A DNA stretch of 64,000 nt from Octopus vulgaris. Lineage: Eukaryota. Below the pieces are notes generated by a model, which saw only the letters and a program-made list of their open reading frames with translations, searched no databases and was not told where the DNA came from. The stretch spans positions 6,634,001 to 6,698,000 of the forward strand of contig OX597818.1 in the NCBI GenBank assembly GCA_951406725.2, written 5' to 3'. This document shows positions 12,601 to 25,132 of this stretch, piece by piece. Position 1 is the stretch's first letter; each line of letters begins with the position of its first letter. The position numbers were made by a program, and so were the translations under genes.

Positions 12601-13844
12601 CACGCACATGTGTATAATTGTATTTGTGCTTGTGAGTTTGTGTGTTTGCTTATAAGTACATGCAAGCACAAGCAGTGTGTATGACTTCCCCTTCTTAATT
12701 AGTTACAAATAACTGTTACTATATATGTGGTGGTGCTGGTGGTGCTGGTGATGGCGGTGGTGGTGGTGGTGGTGGTGATTTTAGTCGTGTAATCCGATTC
12801 ATGCAAGGAACTTTTAAATGGAAATAGAATATATTACATTCTACTTTATTTCATACCCTTTAGCGTCTATGTATAAATCAATTCAATGTATTTCATGAAA
12901 TGCACGTTTTCGCCGTGAGAGTAAACGTAAATTGTAACAACCTAACTTAAATGCTGACTCTGCATCGAATTTATAATCTTACTGTTACCAAATATTATCT
13001 GACAGTTATAAACTAAAACCGAGTAAATTAACAAGAAATATTATATTTCGATGCATATTTTTGTTTTTCATTTTATAAAACGATAGTATTTAGACCTAGA
13101 TTTCTTTTGGTTAACTTTACATTATTAAAAAGTGTTACACCTACCTTCCACAATTACCCACAGTTTACTTTGGTTTGAATTATTCGTTTACTCGCTGTCA
13201 AATTCCGTGAGATCCTGACAGAAATAGATATACTTATGTTAGAAACGTGAGACATTACTTCTAATCATCAATATGTAAACAATTGAAAGTGAAACAAATA
13301 TGGTACTGAAATAGAGGAGGCGTAGAAAAGTCTCAGAGTATTCATGTAGCTTGAAAAATGAACACGACACAAATAACGAAATGTGTAATTTAAATATATT
13401 TCTACTATGGTTAATTGAGATTTCTTCTTACGCATGGAGCTCAAGACATTTACATATGTGAGCGGTACATTATCATTTCTACTTCTCACCTATTTTATTT
13501 ACCATAATCGTCTCATAACTCCCCGCCACTTACATCAAACGCTCCCCTCTGTATTTGAAATAAAGTAATTCGTAGCTATTAATACTTCTAAGACAAACCA
13601 TGGTTCTTGTGTTAAGCAACGGAAAGTGTGAGCATGCAAGACAGACTTGATTTCTGGCTGGCAGGAGTATGATCTGGTCTGCCTAATATATCACTAGATA
13701 AATATTATTTCTGCCACCTGTTGTCACTTAAATACATATTGGTTGGTATCCGTGTTCAACAACAGGATTCTGCATAGTCCTCTGATCGGCAACCGAATCT
13801 CCATCAAGTTATCATAACATCTTAAATGAAGTATATATATTGGT

Positions 13845-14030
13845 TTCAGACTTTAGCACAACGCCTGAAATATCGTCCCTAGTTTTCTACTGGTACTTAT
13901 TTTATTGACCCCAAAATGATGAAAGGCAAAGTGGACCTCGGCAGAATATGAATTTAGAACTCACAGTCGGACGAAATGCCGCTAAGTATTTTGTCAGGTG
14001 TGCTAACGAGTCAGCCAGCTCCCCGCTTTA
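13845..14030 (-). mobile_element. SINE family 2 copy
   Basis: tggtacttattttattgaccccaaaatgatgaaaggcaaagtggacctcggcagaat...tgctaacg matches 3370-3490. Confidence 0.7.
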
Positions 14031-14799
14031 AATAGTGTATATATTGGATAATATTTTTCCTCTTATCCACTAAGGAAGACATACTAGGTACAAAACACCG
14101 ATGTTTTATAGTAACTTAAAAATGAAGCTTAAAGGACAGTAAAATCATATTCGATTTCATGACATGAACTCGTACATTCCAACTAATCGGAGTCTATGTG
14201 ATGTAAAATACCTTTGAGATACATTGTACAACTCAGTAGCTAAATACTTTATTTAGTTAACATCGATATTGATAAATATTACTGCGTTTACCATCCATGA
14301 ACGGTATTGCAAAAACTTAGCACTTGATGTACTGAAACTATAGTGTCTTCCCCAACACATCTACAAGGTTGTCTTCCACGGAGTAGTGATCAGCATCATG
14401 GAAATCAGATTTTGCAAGTATGAGGATTACAGGTCAGTGCAGGTGGTATATTTGCAGCCGTTTACTGTCTTACAGCACAAAGTTTGTTAATGCTGGTTGC
14501 AACAAAGTATTTAATACCATTTTGACACAACCAATCTCCATTCTGTTCGTTCACTCAAATGTGTTGCGAGCTATCTTCATTTCTAACAGGTTACTGTACA
14601 GCTTGCCCTTATATCTGAGCCATGGTTGACCAACATTCCTATAATCACTCTCAAGGAGGCTGTACATGAGGACTCTTGGTATTGTGTGTGTGAGTGTGCG
14701 TGTGTGTGTGAGTGTGTGTGCGTTTGTGCGTGTCTGTGTGTTTGTGTGTTTATAATTAAGAAGGCTAGACGCAAGTTAGAAACAAAAAAGAAATAATTC

Positions 14800-15930
14800 G
14801 CCGTCTCTAAAAAGTGACCTAGGATGCAGGGAGGACCGCCGTTGCTAGAAATATCTGTAAGAGACCCCTAAGCCACAGAAATAGAACATTTGCTTTCTGT
14901 GGCTAATGAGCCTGCTGATATACGCTCGTCCTTTAATAATACATTGTAGTACAGTTGTACGACATCTTTGGGCATGTATTTAATGTTATCTGACAAAGAA
15001 TGCTGCTCAAGAAGCTGCTCTCCATGTATTAGGATGTTATCATGTTCATGTATGCAAACTTGATCAAGGAATGCACTTCATTTGGTGGTTAACAGATGTT
15101 GCCGGAGAGATATGATGGGCCATTCAAAGGCAGCCTGGCTCGATGTTAAGCCTCTGTCACCTTGTTTTCGTTTTAGATAGAGGCAGTCTACGTCACTGTT
15201 GATATGGAAATTATGTGTCCTAGTTAGTCTCTACCAGGTTTTCACATCAATAGCTCAGATTTCATTAAGCGTCCAATGAAACAGCCCAAATGTTGGTATG
15301 AGTGCCGTCACAGCAAACACATTGTGAGCCACTATTTTGTGGAATAAAGAGTGTTCCGAGGTCTAAATTTTCTTTATTTGCTTGTAATACTCTTTAGTGA
15401 CACGTAGTTTGTTACAGGTACCATACTAAGATATATTTTCCCTCTTTTCTCAACCATTTAGTAACATTTATCCTCACAAAACTTCAGCCCCATATCCTTT
15501 GAGAATGTTGTAACCAGGTCAAGGCACTTTTTCATTTCATGCATCGTCTTGGCATATATTTTCTAGTCATCCACAAAGAAACGGTGCATAAGTTTTGGTA
15601 TTTCTGTTTCCTTGTGAACCAGTGAGCTATCCTTCAGACTTCCTTAACGTGAATGACAAGGGGCTTACAGAAAGTATAAACGACATCACAGAGAAGCTGT
15701 CCCCTTGGAATATGCCTCCACGATACAGTATTCTATCACTGGTAATACAATCACTCTTTATGTCTAATTTCAAGATGGTGGCCATGATGAAGTAAGGTCA
15801 GCTCTGGCCTTGACTATGTTCACTGAAACATTAGCAAGTTGAAGTGTTTCTAGCATCCATGAGTAAGGGACAATGTCAAAGGCTCCTTTCATACTCCTGA
15901 ACGTCTGACATTCCAGTATTATTTATTAAC
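14800..15930 (-). mobile_element. R4/Dong-like non-LTR retrotransposon, decayed RT remnant
   Basis: Minus-strand translations GIFQGDSFSVMSFILSVSPLS, HRFFVDD*KIYAK, HNFHINSDVDCLYLKRKQGDRGL. Confidence 0.75.
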
Positions 15931-16782
15931 AATGAATATATATATATATGTATGTATGTGTGTGTACACATGCATGTATTGGACCTTGTTAAATTAAAAT
16001 CAATTGGCGTATTTTGAATAATATTCACAGCTTAAAATTAATAGATAGCATGTTTATCTTTCCAGTTATCCCATAAGTAATGCCCTAAGCAATCTTTATA
16101 GAAACCTCCTAATAAGCAATTATTTAAGTAAATGAATGAATATTAAACAGATTCTGTATAATCTTTACTTTTAAATGTTTATAATCGATATATACACACA
16201 TTTTACCTATTTTGGTTATGATGTCATTTTTGAAAATCTTAAATTTTATTTGTTACACAATATAACAATATTGTTTATAAATAACCCCCCCCCCCCCCAT
16301 AGTGCCTCAAAATAAAATTTCCTCTGTATTAACATCTTAGGTTTCTTAGTATCTTGCCCCTTTAGCTGGTAATTAACATTATGATTTAAAGTCTTCCCCT
16401 ACCCAGCCTTTTTTTTATAGACATTTACTTTATATCCAATTGTCTACTCCTAATGTCTTCTTTTCTCCCTGAGGAAATGGGATACATATGATAATATTTA
16501 TGATCATACCTAGCCATAGTCTCTCAACTCACTCTTGCCCTTTCTTCAAAATATACAGTCTTCTAGTCTTAGATTTAGTAGTTGATAAAGAGATAAATGA
16601 ATTAGAAATGAATTGCCATCCCTTACAACACTATGAATCCAATAGGCTTCATGCGATTCTTGGAAGTTATTAGAGGCAATAGAGGCAACATGAATTTCTT
16701 CCATCTTCTTGATCTGTTAAAATGTTTGAAAAACAATTATATTGAAATGCCCTACTGGTTAAAATTCTACTTATTTATTTGA

Positions 16783-16866
16783 GCAGCTGAAGATGGCACT
16801 GTATTTAAATTGATGTAATGATTGTATTGTTCAATTAAATGGAGCCACTTGAAACGGTCGTACTGC
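16783..16866 (+). ncRNA. Type I HHR, family F
   Basis: gcag-CTGAAGA-tggc...(AT-rich insert)...gcca-ctt-GAAA-cggtcg-TA-ctgc; followed by ttgttgcttattttga and a TA tract. Confidence 0.75.
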
Positions 16867-16929
16867 GTCACTACTTGATATTTTGTTGCTTATTTTGATT
16901 TTATGTGTATGTATATATATATACATATT

Positions 16930-19900
16930 GGCATTCAACGTGGCAAGACGTACTTTTCATAGCTCCGAGCAGTCAGTAGCCAAAGAGACAGATTTCAACT
17001 CAAACCAGCAGTAACAGTCCTTGTTTTTAGTCCCAGAACCATTAGATTCTACTATTCTATTTTACTATCATCGGAGGATGAATTTACACAAATTTCTACA
17101 ACCTGGAGAAACGAATATATCCTTAGTGACACAGAATGCAACCCAAAATGCAACCACCACCATCTGAAGGGCACAAAACGATCGAAAAATAAATATAAAC
17201 AGCAACAGAGGAGACCTACGACAACAACAAAGATGAAATACAACCATATTTCACCTCTTACAATCAAACAACAAAGACAGAACTATGGAAAAACCATAAC
17301 ACTTACATGAACTATGCATAATCTGACCAAGTGGCAAACCAAAGAAGGAAATCTTTTTTACTAATTTATCTAGAAAATATGAAGGCTGACCTAAGTCAGA
17401 AGATCCAATGAGCTATCAGCAACCATTTATGAAAAACGCAAAGAACAGCCACCCACCACCAACTAGAATATTACACACACACACACAAGCACACACACAC
17501 ACAACTCCATACAAAAACGAACCTCATTGCTACCTCTAAACAGAATAAAAGATAACACTGGGCTCTTAGAACAATGCACACATCAAACTACCCTTATCTC
17601 GGCATTCCCGTTAAATGTACGTGGCATCAAGTCATCACTCATTGCCAAAAAGTGGAAGATCCTATACATACACAGTTGGCTTGCCGAAACGGCACATTGC
17701 TTCCGTTTCTTTATCCTTACTGAAACTCACCTAAACAGCACACGTATGGATGCCGAGGCGAAAATAAAAGATTTCACCACCATCTGTGCAGATCGCACAG
17801 ACCGAAATAAGGTGGAGACAGCCATCTTTCTCCATGACACCTTTTCAGTTGATGCCAAGGGCATATTTTCTAATGGATATTGTGAATCTATATCACTATT
17901 CAACAAGACCAAAGACATAATCTCTGTTGGTTTTTACAGGCCTCCCCAAATACCCCTAAACTACTTTGAAGATTGCCTCGACAAAATCAAGTCCTCCCTT
18001 CAAAAATCCAACTCAGGAAACTTACGAGTGATGGGTGATTTTAACCTCCTTCTTATAAACTGGCCACAATTTCTCTGAAGTTAGGCAAATGCTCTAAATC
18101 AGACAAAGCAGCAGCAGAATTACTCTTTAACTTAATGGATAATTTTTTCCTGACTCGAAACCCAGAAGACAGAATAAAACGATCTTGGATCTAATATTAA
18201 CCAACCAATCTAATTCCGTTCACAGTATTTCAGTTGAAAAATCTCTCCTCGCAGACAACAATATGATACTCTGTAATTTTAATTCCCAGCATATATAAAA
18301 CCAAACCAGCCGACCCCACTCCACTGCACTTATTTGACAACCTAAACTTCCACAAAGCGGACTGGGCAGCAATCAGAAAGTATCTGGCAGTCATCGACTT
18401 TTCCTTCACTCTCAGTTCCACTCACATTGCGACTGCATGGCAGCAATTTGAGAACATTGTCACCTATACATGCTCAAAATACGCTCCTACTAAATCCACT
18501 AACACAAACAGAAACCAGATCCCTAGACAGAAAACAACCCCTGATCAGGCGCATCAAAAGACTCAATAAAAAAAATCAACCAATTAAAATACTCCCACAT
18601 ACAACATCCATATTCAACAACAATGAAGATGATGGAGTTCGAAAACCTTCATCTGCAGACCGACATGAAAACCTCCATTGAAAATCAAAGAACTGCAGAG
18701 GAACACTGGGTAATCAAAAATATCAAACAGAACTCAAAAGTGTTCTGTTTTGTCTCACCTATTGGGCCTTTGGTCGATGATAACCACATTCCTCAATACA
18801 ATGCTTAAGAAATGGCAGAAACAATACTGCTCTGTCTTTAGTGATCCCACTGATATTGACGTAAATGAATCAAACGAAGGTGATTCCCAACATAAAATCT
18901 CGGACATAACCTTCCCTGCCTCAGACATCGTAGCAGCAATAAATGAGGTCAAATACTATTCTGTTGTAGGTCCTGGTAGGTTCCCCGCTAATCTCCTGAA
19001 GGAAGGTAGACACCAACTTGTCCATCTGACCAACCTCTGGAGAAATTCTTTAGGCTCAGGTTATATACCGAAGCAGCTCCTATCCCAGTCTGTCATCCTG
19101 GTTTTCAAACAGGGAAACAGATCGCTCACGGTCAACTATCGCCCAATCTCACTCACCTCGCACATCATTGAAGTGTTTGTAAGAGTGATAAGATCAAGGA
19201 TAGCTGGCTTCCTGGAGATCCACAAAGTCCTAAATGCAAGTCAGCATCGCTTTCGCTGTGGCAGGGACTGTCTAACACAGCTCTTACACCACATTGAGGA
19301 TATACTTAAAGCTTTGGGAACAGATTCGAACTCTGATGTCATATATCTTGACTTCAGTAAAGCGTTTGATAGGGTTAGCCATAATATCTTACTCTCAAAA
19401 TTGGCAAATGTTAGAATCCGTGGGAAACTTTTACACCGGATTGAGTATTTCCTGGAGAATAGAACACAACATGTTGTGGTCGATGGAGTCCACTCAAGCC
19501 CAGCAAAAGTCACCAGTGGTGTCCCTCAGGGGACTGTCTTGGTCCCGCTCCTCTTTATAATCTACATAAAAGACATTTCCAGCGTCGTAAAACACTGCAA
19601 AACGAAAATATTTGCTGATGACACTAAGCTCCAGCAAATCATCAATGAAAAAGAAGACCCAGTCTGATCTATATACGGTGAGTCAATGGACAGACAAAAC
19701 AAAATGCAAATAAACGAGGGAACATTTTAGGTGATGTATTTTGGAAGAAAGACTATACTAAAACAGCCATAGCATCTAATAATATCTGAAACCTAAGAGT
19801 AATTGTTGATAACAATCTCAGTTGGAGTGCTTACATCAACAATAAGGTTGTTATAGCTCGTAAGATGAGCTCCTGGATCTTAAGAACCTTCCGGTTCAGA

Positions 19901-20522
19901 GAACACGTTGTCATCATTCGACTTTTTTCCTCCTTTGTACGGCCATACCTCGAATATTGCTTCCCCCTGTGGTCTCCCCATAGAAAACGAAACATCTCGA
20001 AAATTGAATCGCCCCCCGGGGGACACTCACTAAAATAATTAAAGGCATGACTGATCTCGATTACTGGGACCGCCGTAAAGCCTTGAAACTACTCTCTCAG
20101 CGTGTTGCGATCGGTACATCATTTGCACGATGTAGAGAATATACCGCCAGTATTGGCCAAACAACCTGGACAATAGCTTCAAGGTTCATCCAAGTGTGGG
20201 AACACGGGTCATACGTCCCCTGCCCAATTCAGGATCACAACATATAGGTACACTGCGACACTTTATTTTCCTCATCAAGCCCTACCCTGTTTGACATTGT
20301 CCCAAAACTGATCAAAGAGGAAAAGGATCCCATCACCTTTAAACGGAATCTGGACAAATTTCACCAAGAAATACGAGATAAGCCACCTATACCTGGATTT
20401 AACTCATTCAAGAAGAACTCACTACTTCAATGGACCATGATACCACAAAACTTGACTTAAAAGGATTCAGATAATCCTATCAGGTGGTGCAATTAAGTTA
20501 TACATGGCCTGGACCAAACTTT
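16930..20522 (+). mobile_element. CR1/L2-group LINE, third copy, near full-length, decayed
   Basis: APE (PLNVRGI, LTETHL, GFYRPP, MGDFN) and RT (NYRPISLTSH, YLDFSKAFD, SGVPQG, FADDTKL); 3' end caggtggtgcaattaagtt. Closely similar to 1214-2700. Confidence 0.92.
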
Positions 20523-20562
20523 CGATATATATCAAAATAAGCAACAAGGATATTCAAGGTTG

Positions 20563-20650
20563 TGTACTACAATCGTTTCTTGCTACTTCATTTTATTAAA
20601 CAATTTAAGTATTACATCAGTTTAAAAATGTAAAGCAATCTTCAGCCACA
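20563..20650 (-). ncRNA. Type I HHR, family F
   Basis: Minus strand: tgtgg-CTGAAGA-ttgct...agcaa-GAAA-cgattg-TA-gtaca, then ttgttgcttattttga as in the 16783 copy. Confidence 0.68.
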
Positions 20651-21143
20651 TATAGATTTTTTTTAATTAAATGGACAATGTACATTTTTATACTTATCTC
20701 AATTGCCAACATTACAAAGAGGGTAGATATATAAACAGAGAGGTCAATTTTATCATTAAGAACATGGTAGTAGAAGGTCCTTCTCCATCTGTAGATTTTT
20801 TTATCACTGAGTTCACTTTGTTATTTAGATTATCAATGGGGAGGGGGCTTCTATATTTGGTTCAATAGAGACAAACAAGATTTTTTTCTATTTACATTTA
20901 GAGGAAGGGGTAGTACAAATGTCAAAGCCATAAATCCATCCTCATTGTGAGTTGCGTTACCAACCTTGTCTCCACTCTTTTGCCTTTAAAAACCCACTTT
21001 GCTCTTTTAGCTAAAGTTAGTAGGCTGAATCTAGTGGAGTAGGGAGAATAGAGACTACTCTAATGTTCTTTACCATTTAACAGCCATAATTCTGTTTTCG
21101 AATTCTAAATAAATATCCTTCAGATATTCTTTTCCATATATAG

Positions 21144-21191
<48 letters not shown>

Positions 21192-21195
<4 letters not shown>

Positions 21196-21378
21196 CTTAG
21201 ATAACTTAGATATGTTTCAACCAAAGTTTGGTCCAGGCCATGTCTAACTTAATAGTACCACCTGATAGGATTATTTGAATCCTTTTAAGTCACGTTTTGT
21301 TGTATCATAGTCCATTGAAGTTGTGAGTTCTTGTTGAGTGAGTTATATCCAGGTATAGGTGGGTTATCTCGTATTTCG
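21192..21378 (-). mobile_element. 3'-terminal fragment of the same CR1-group LINE with short tandem tail
   Basis: Reverse complement of about 20368-20521, extended by ggttgaaacatatctaagttatctaagtta and (TA)n. Confidence 0.85.
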
Positions 21379-21379
21379 T

Positions 21380-22062
21380 GTGCTAAACACAAATTGTCGT
21401 TTCTGTAGATGTTTAAAATTTTCAAATGAAACAAATGGTATGTGCTGCTCAGGCGGTCAGGTTACATTGCAAGCACTACCAGCTCCTTCTCAACTTTTTG
21501 TGGATCTTCTAGAAGACACTTCCATCCAGTCAAATAATTTTCTGAATAATATCAGAAATACAATTCTGCATTTCAAATGACATCGTTTACTGCATCTAAG
21601 AAAATATTTGAACATGAATTTACGCCGACGTCAAATTTCAAGGGCAAGTCTATCACCTCATTGATTCCCTGTTACCCAAAAATGAACAACCACAGTTCCT
21701 CTTAATTTACATTATGAGTGATGTAGGACAATGAACCCGAAGGAGGTGTCAAAATTTCAGATGATTGGTCGTGTTATATACAGCACCGACTGCTACAAAA
21801 GAAGGTATATTCACTGACAGCTTTCGGTGTCTCCAAAAATTACATAACCCCCTCCCCAATTTTTCGTGACAGGTTAGGGCCTGAAATACTTCAAACGGAC
21901 GCATAGTAAGTTGCTTGTTCGAATTAACCCATCATTTACTCAACAAATGTTTTGTTGTCAATGCTGTACTTTCCCATATCACCAGTTTCAACATAACTAA
22001 TATATTTGATACAAACTATGCCATTCATTTTAACCTCAAGCAACGCCGGGTATCTCTGCTAG
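21380..22062 (+). mobile_element. Internally deleted Helitron (RepHel N-terminal fragment plus 3' end)
   Basis: CRFCRCLKFSNETNGMCCSGGQV..., NSAFQMTSF, FQGQVYHLIDSLLP; 3' end gcaacgccggg-tatctctgCTAG|T. Confidence 0.82.
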
Positions 22063-22099
22063 TATAAATATAAACTGTGAGTATGGGGGTATGATTACC

Positions 22100-22305
22100 T
22101 ACTACGTATATTTCCTATTTAGTACTGAGGGTGTTTCATTTATGAGGACGTACTCCTGTATTTGTCTGAGTGTTGGGTCCTTTGGGCGCTTGGATAAAAT
22201 GCGGATGTCAAGTTGACCCGAGTTGCTTCAATGTTCGTGCTTGACATGTTGGTAGAGTATGGAGTAGTTTTTTTTGTCGTCATATTGTCTCAAATGTTCA
22301 TTTAA
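22100..22305 (-). mobile_element. PLE GIY-YIG endonuclease C-terminal fragment
   Basis: Minus strand: NEHLRQYDDKKNYSILYQHVKHEH*...IRILSKRPKDPTLRQIQEYVLINETPSVLNRK (EH..S..H..H..R..E..N pattern). Confidence 0.6.
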
Positions 22306-22321
22306 TCTCTATATATATGCA

Positions 22322-22690
22322 CTAGCAGTAATACCCTTCGTTGATCGGGTAATTACTTTTACCCTTTCTCATTTTCTCAGTGTTATTATATACATAGGTT
22401 TACTCTTCTAATTGAAGTTAAAAAAGATCAATTTCATACACGAACTTTTGTTGGAAACAAGCTATTTGCACTGATCCCGAATGTGAAGGTAAAAAATGTC
22501 TATCATGCAGCTTTGCAATAAGTTCCAAGTCGACAAATTGTATCATTACTTTAATGAAAATTGTTCATTGCTTGAAAAATATTGTTCAAGTTCAATAAAA
22601 ATTTTATATGTACACAATGCATGAAGTATCATTGTTGAGTCCTGCACTGGAGTTAGCTTGAAAACCGCCCGATAGGACGCCTTTAAGAAA
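22322..22690 (-). mobile_element. Helitron 3' end fragment
   Basis: Minus strand ends aattacccgatcaacgaagggtattactgCTAG|T; shares sequence with 49855-50020. Confidence 0.65.
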
Positions 22691-22761
<71 letters not shown>

Positions 22762-22894
22762 TGTATTCGTGTATATGTATACATAAAATACACACAAATA
22801 TATATATTATATATATATATATGTATGTATTCATGTATATGTATACATATACATACGCACATGTATGTATACATATATATATATATATATATAT

Positions 22895-23242
22895 TTAAAT
22901 GGATGAATGAATTATCCTTTAATGACCGTTAACATGGAAAATTCAATAAACAGTTACCAGAGTAGTAAAATTCACGCAAGTAACAAGGATGAAGCGACTT
23001 ATTCAAAGGTAGAAACTCCGGGTTAATGTGCAGTAATTTGTGTATTATAGTGTAATTTGTGTATTATAAATGGAGTTGAACGAAGATGTTATTAAAATTC
23101 TTTTCCTTTCGACATATGTTTCGAAGACAAAGGAATAATACCATGTTGTCTTCGAGACATTTGTCGAAAGTAAAATAATTTTAATAGCATCTTCGTTCAA
23201 CTCCATTTATAATACACAAATTACACTATAATACACAAATTT
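22895..23242. mobile_element. PLE-type terminal repeat, family A, with about 190-bp fold-back (23047-23231)
   Basis: Arms tatagtgtaatttgtgtattataaatggagttgaacg... and its mirror; the apex holds tcttc-GAAACATATGTC-gaaag (HHR 3' half) on the minus strand and a degenerate copy on plus. Confidence 0.7.
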
Positions 23243-23247
23243 ACTTT

Positions 23248-23336
<89 letters not shown>

Positions 23337-23342
23337 ATAGGA

Positions 23343-23417
23343 CTAGTTCGACGAGACGTATTCTGTCCTCACGTTCGAAACACGCTGGAGTTGAACTAGG
23401 GACAGCTGATGAAGGGG
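23343..23417 (+). ncRNA. Candidate non-circularly permuted hammerhead ribozyme, copy A
   Basis: cgtaTT-ctgtcc | gttc-GAAA-cacg | ggacag-CTGATGA-a-gggg; extra helix ctagttcgac/gttgaactag. Confidence 0.55.
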
Positions 23418-24115
23418 ATTTTTCCTTGTGTAGTTGTCTTGTACTCTGTTTTTTCGTTGTTAAAAAATGGTCCGTTCCATGCTGTTTTTACTTTTTCGTT
23501 TCTCGTTGAGTTCTACGTCTATTTGTAGTGTCCTGTACACACGTATATATATTTATATATGCATGTATATATACATGTTGATGTAGGTAAGTACATATAT
23601 GTTTGTATGTATGCATATATTTGATTTATTACACTATTGTATGACTGAGCGCCCTCGCGTCGATTCGATTCGATTCGTTTCGTTTCGTTTCGTTTCTTCT
23701 TCTTCTCTAAGCTGGATTTTATATATAATTATGACGCGAAACTCTATAACTCCTTCTTCTCTCTTTCTTTCACCCTCTTTGGCTTCCTTCCTCTCTATCT
23801 CTCCCTCTCTCACACTCCTCCTCATCTCTCTCACAGCCGGGTCGACGATTTTCCTTTCGCTGGCGGTCTTCTTCAAGTAAACATGTTTCTTCCTGCGCTC
23901 GTGAAAATGTTTTCCTCGTCTAGGCTTATAGGCCCTCAATATTTGTTTTCCTGTCCTGTTTCTATTCCTTCTTGTATTGTATTTTTTGTAATTGTATTTT
24001 TATTTTGTATTTGTTTTTAATTGTATTGTTTTTACGTCCTGTTTTTGTCACATTTGTTTCCTTGTTTTTTCCCCATCTGCAAAAGGAATTTTATTTAATT
24101 CTTTCGCAGGAAGGA

Positions 24116-24190
24116 CTAGTTCGACGAGACGTGTTCTGTCCTCACCTTCAAAACACGCTGGAGTTGAACTAGGGACAGCTGATGAAGGGG
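24116..24190 (+). ncRNA. Candidate non-circularly permuted hammerhead ribozyme, copy B
   Basis: cgtGTT-ctgtcc | cttc-aAAA-cacg | ggacag-CTGATGA-a-gggg. Confidence 0.55.
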
Positions 24191-24496
24191 ATTTTTCCTC
24201 GTGTAGTTGTCTTGTACTCAGATTTTTCGTTGTTAAAAAAATGGTCCGTTCCATGCTGTTTTTACTTTTTCGTTTCTCATTGAGTTCTACGCCTATTTGT
24301 GGTGTCCTGTACACACGTATATATATTTATATATGCATGTATATATACATGTAGATGTAGGTACGTACATATATGTTTGTATGTATGCATATATTTTATT
24401 TATTACACTATTGTATGACTGAGCGCCCACGCACCGATTCGATTCGTTTCGTTTCTTCTTCTTCTTCTCTAAGCTGGTTTTATATATATATATATA

Positions 24497-24970
24497 TTTA
24501 ACAATTAAGGATAACTTCTTAATAAGGAATCTTAACAAGAAATTATCAGGTAGATAGCGTGAAAAACCTCATAAGAGAAAAATTTCGAAAATAATTCTTT
24601 CTTATTGAACATATTAATTTATATTATATAGAGGGCATTATTACATATAAATGCCTCACGCTAAGAGGGACATAAGTCATTTCTACCAAAAATTTTACTA
24701 ATCATACCCAATGCAGTTTTTCAAAGCAAGGCATTTAAAATAATTCTTTCTTATTGAACATATTAATTTATATTATTAGCGTGAGGCATTTATATGTAAT
24801 AATGCCCTCTATATAATATATGTAATAATGCCCTCCATATAATATAAATTAATATGTTCAATAAGAAAGAATTATTTTCGAAATTTTTTCTCTTATGAGG
24901 TTTTTCACGCTATCTACCTTATAATTTCTTGTTAAGATTCCTTATTAAGAAGTTATCCTTAATTGTTAAA
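24497..24970. repeat. Long inverted repeat with rearranged interior (PLE-repeat-derived)
   Basis: 24497-24664 is mirrored by 24777-24970; interior 24680-24740 is the reverse complement of 25210-25270. Confidence 0.85.
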
Positions 24971-25132
24971 TTTATTCCGAAAAAACTTTTCCTTATCCGA
25001 AATGCAGTTCGAAGAAGCCCGCCATTTACCGGATATATGATTTGTAAACTTCTCCATGTGCTTCGTTAGAAATGGCAGTTGGCTGTTCGACTTCGACGGT
25101 ACTGGTCGTTTATTTATGATATGTTCAGAATC

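Larger units (their letters stand above)
23340..24480 (+). mobile_element. Non-coding retrozyme/pLTR-like unit: two about 370-bp direct repeats, 773-bp period, between TA/TG microsatellites
   Basis: 23340-23717 and 24113-24480 are near-identical, and each carries the permuted HHR. The spacer is non-coding and pyrimidine-rich. Confidence 0.75.

Noticed and set aside
13534-13548. 15-nt micro-exon-like segment (-) with AG acceptor and GTAAGT donor
   Set aside because: Splicing it to the 25474 exon in phase 1 gives an immediate stop; no other support.
14250-14670. Possible very old RTE-like coding remnant (+)
   Set aside because: Similarity too faint to support by eye.
23343-23405. HDV-like ribozyme interpretation of the pseudoknot
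   Set aside because: No P3/L3, P1.1 or J4/2 elements; hammerhead core sequences explain the pairings better.
23340-24480. Direct repeats as LTR-retrotransposon LTRs or a CRISPR-like array
   Set aside because: No TG...CA ends, PBS/PPT or gag-pol; only two long repeats, with no repeat-spacer periodicity and no cas genes.
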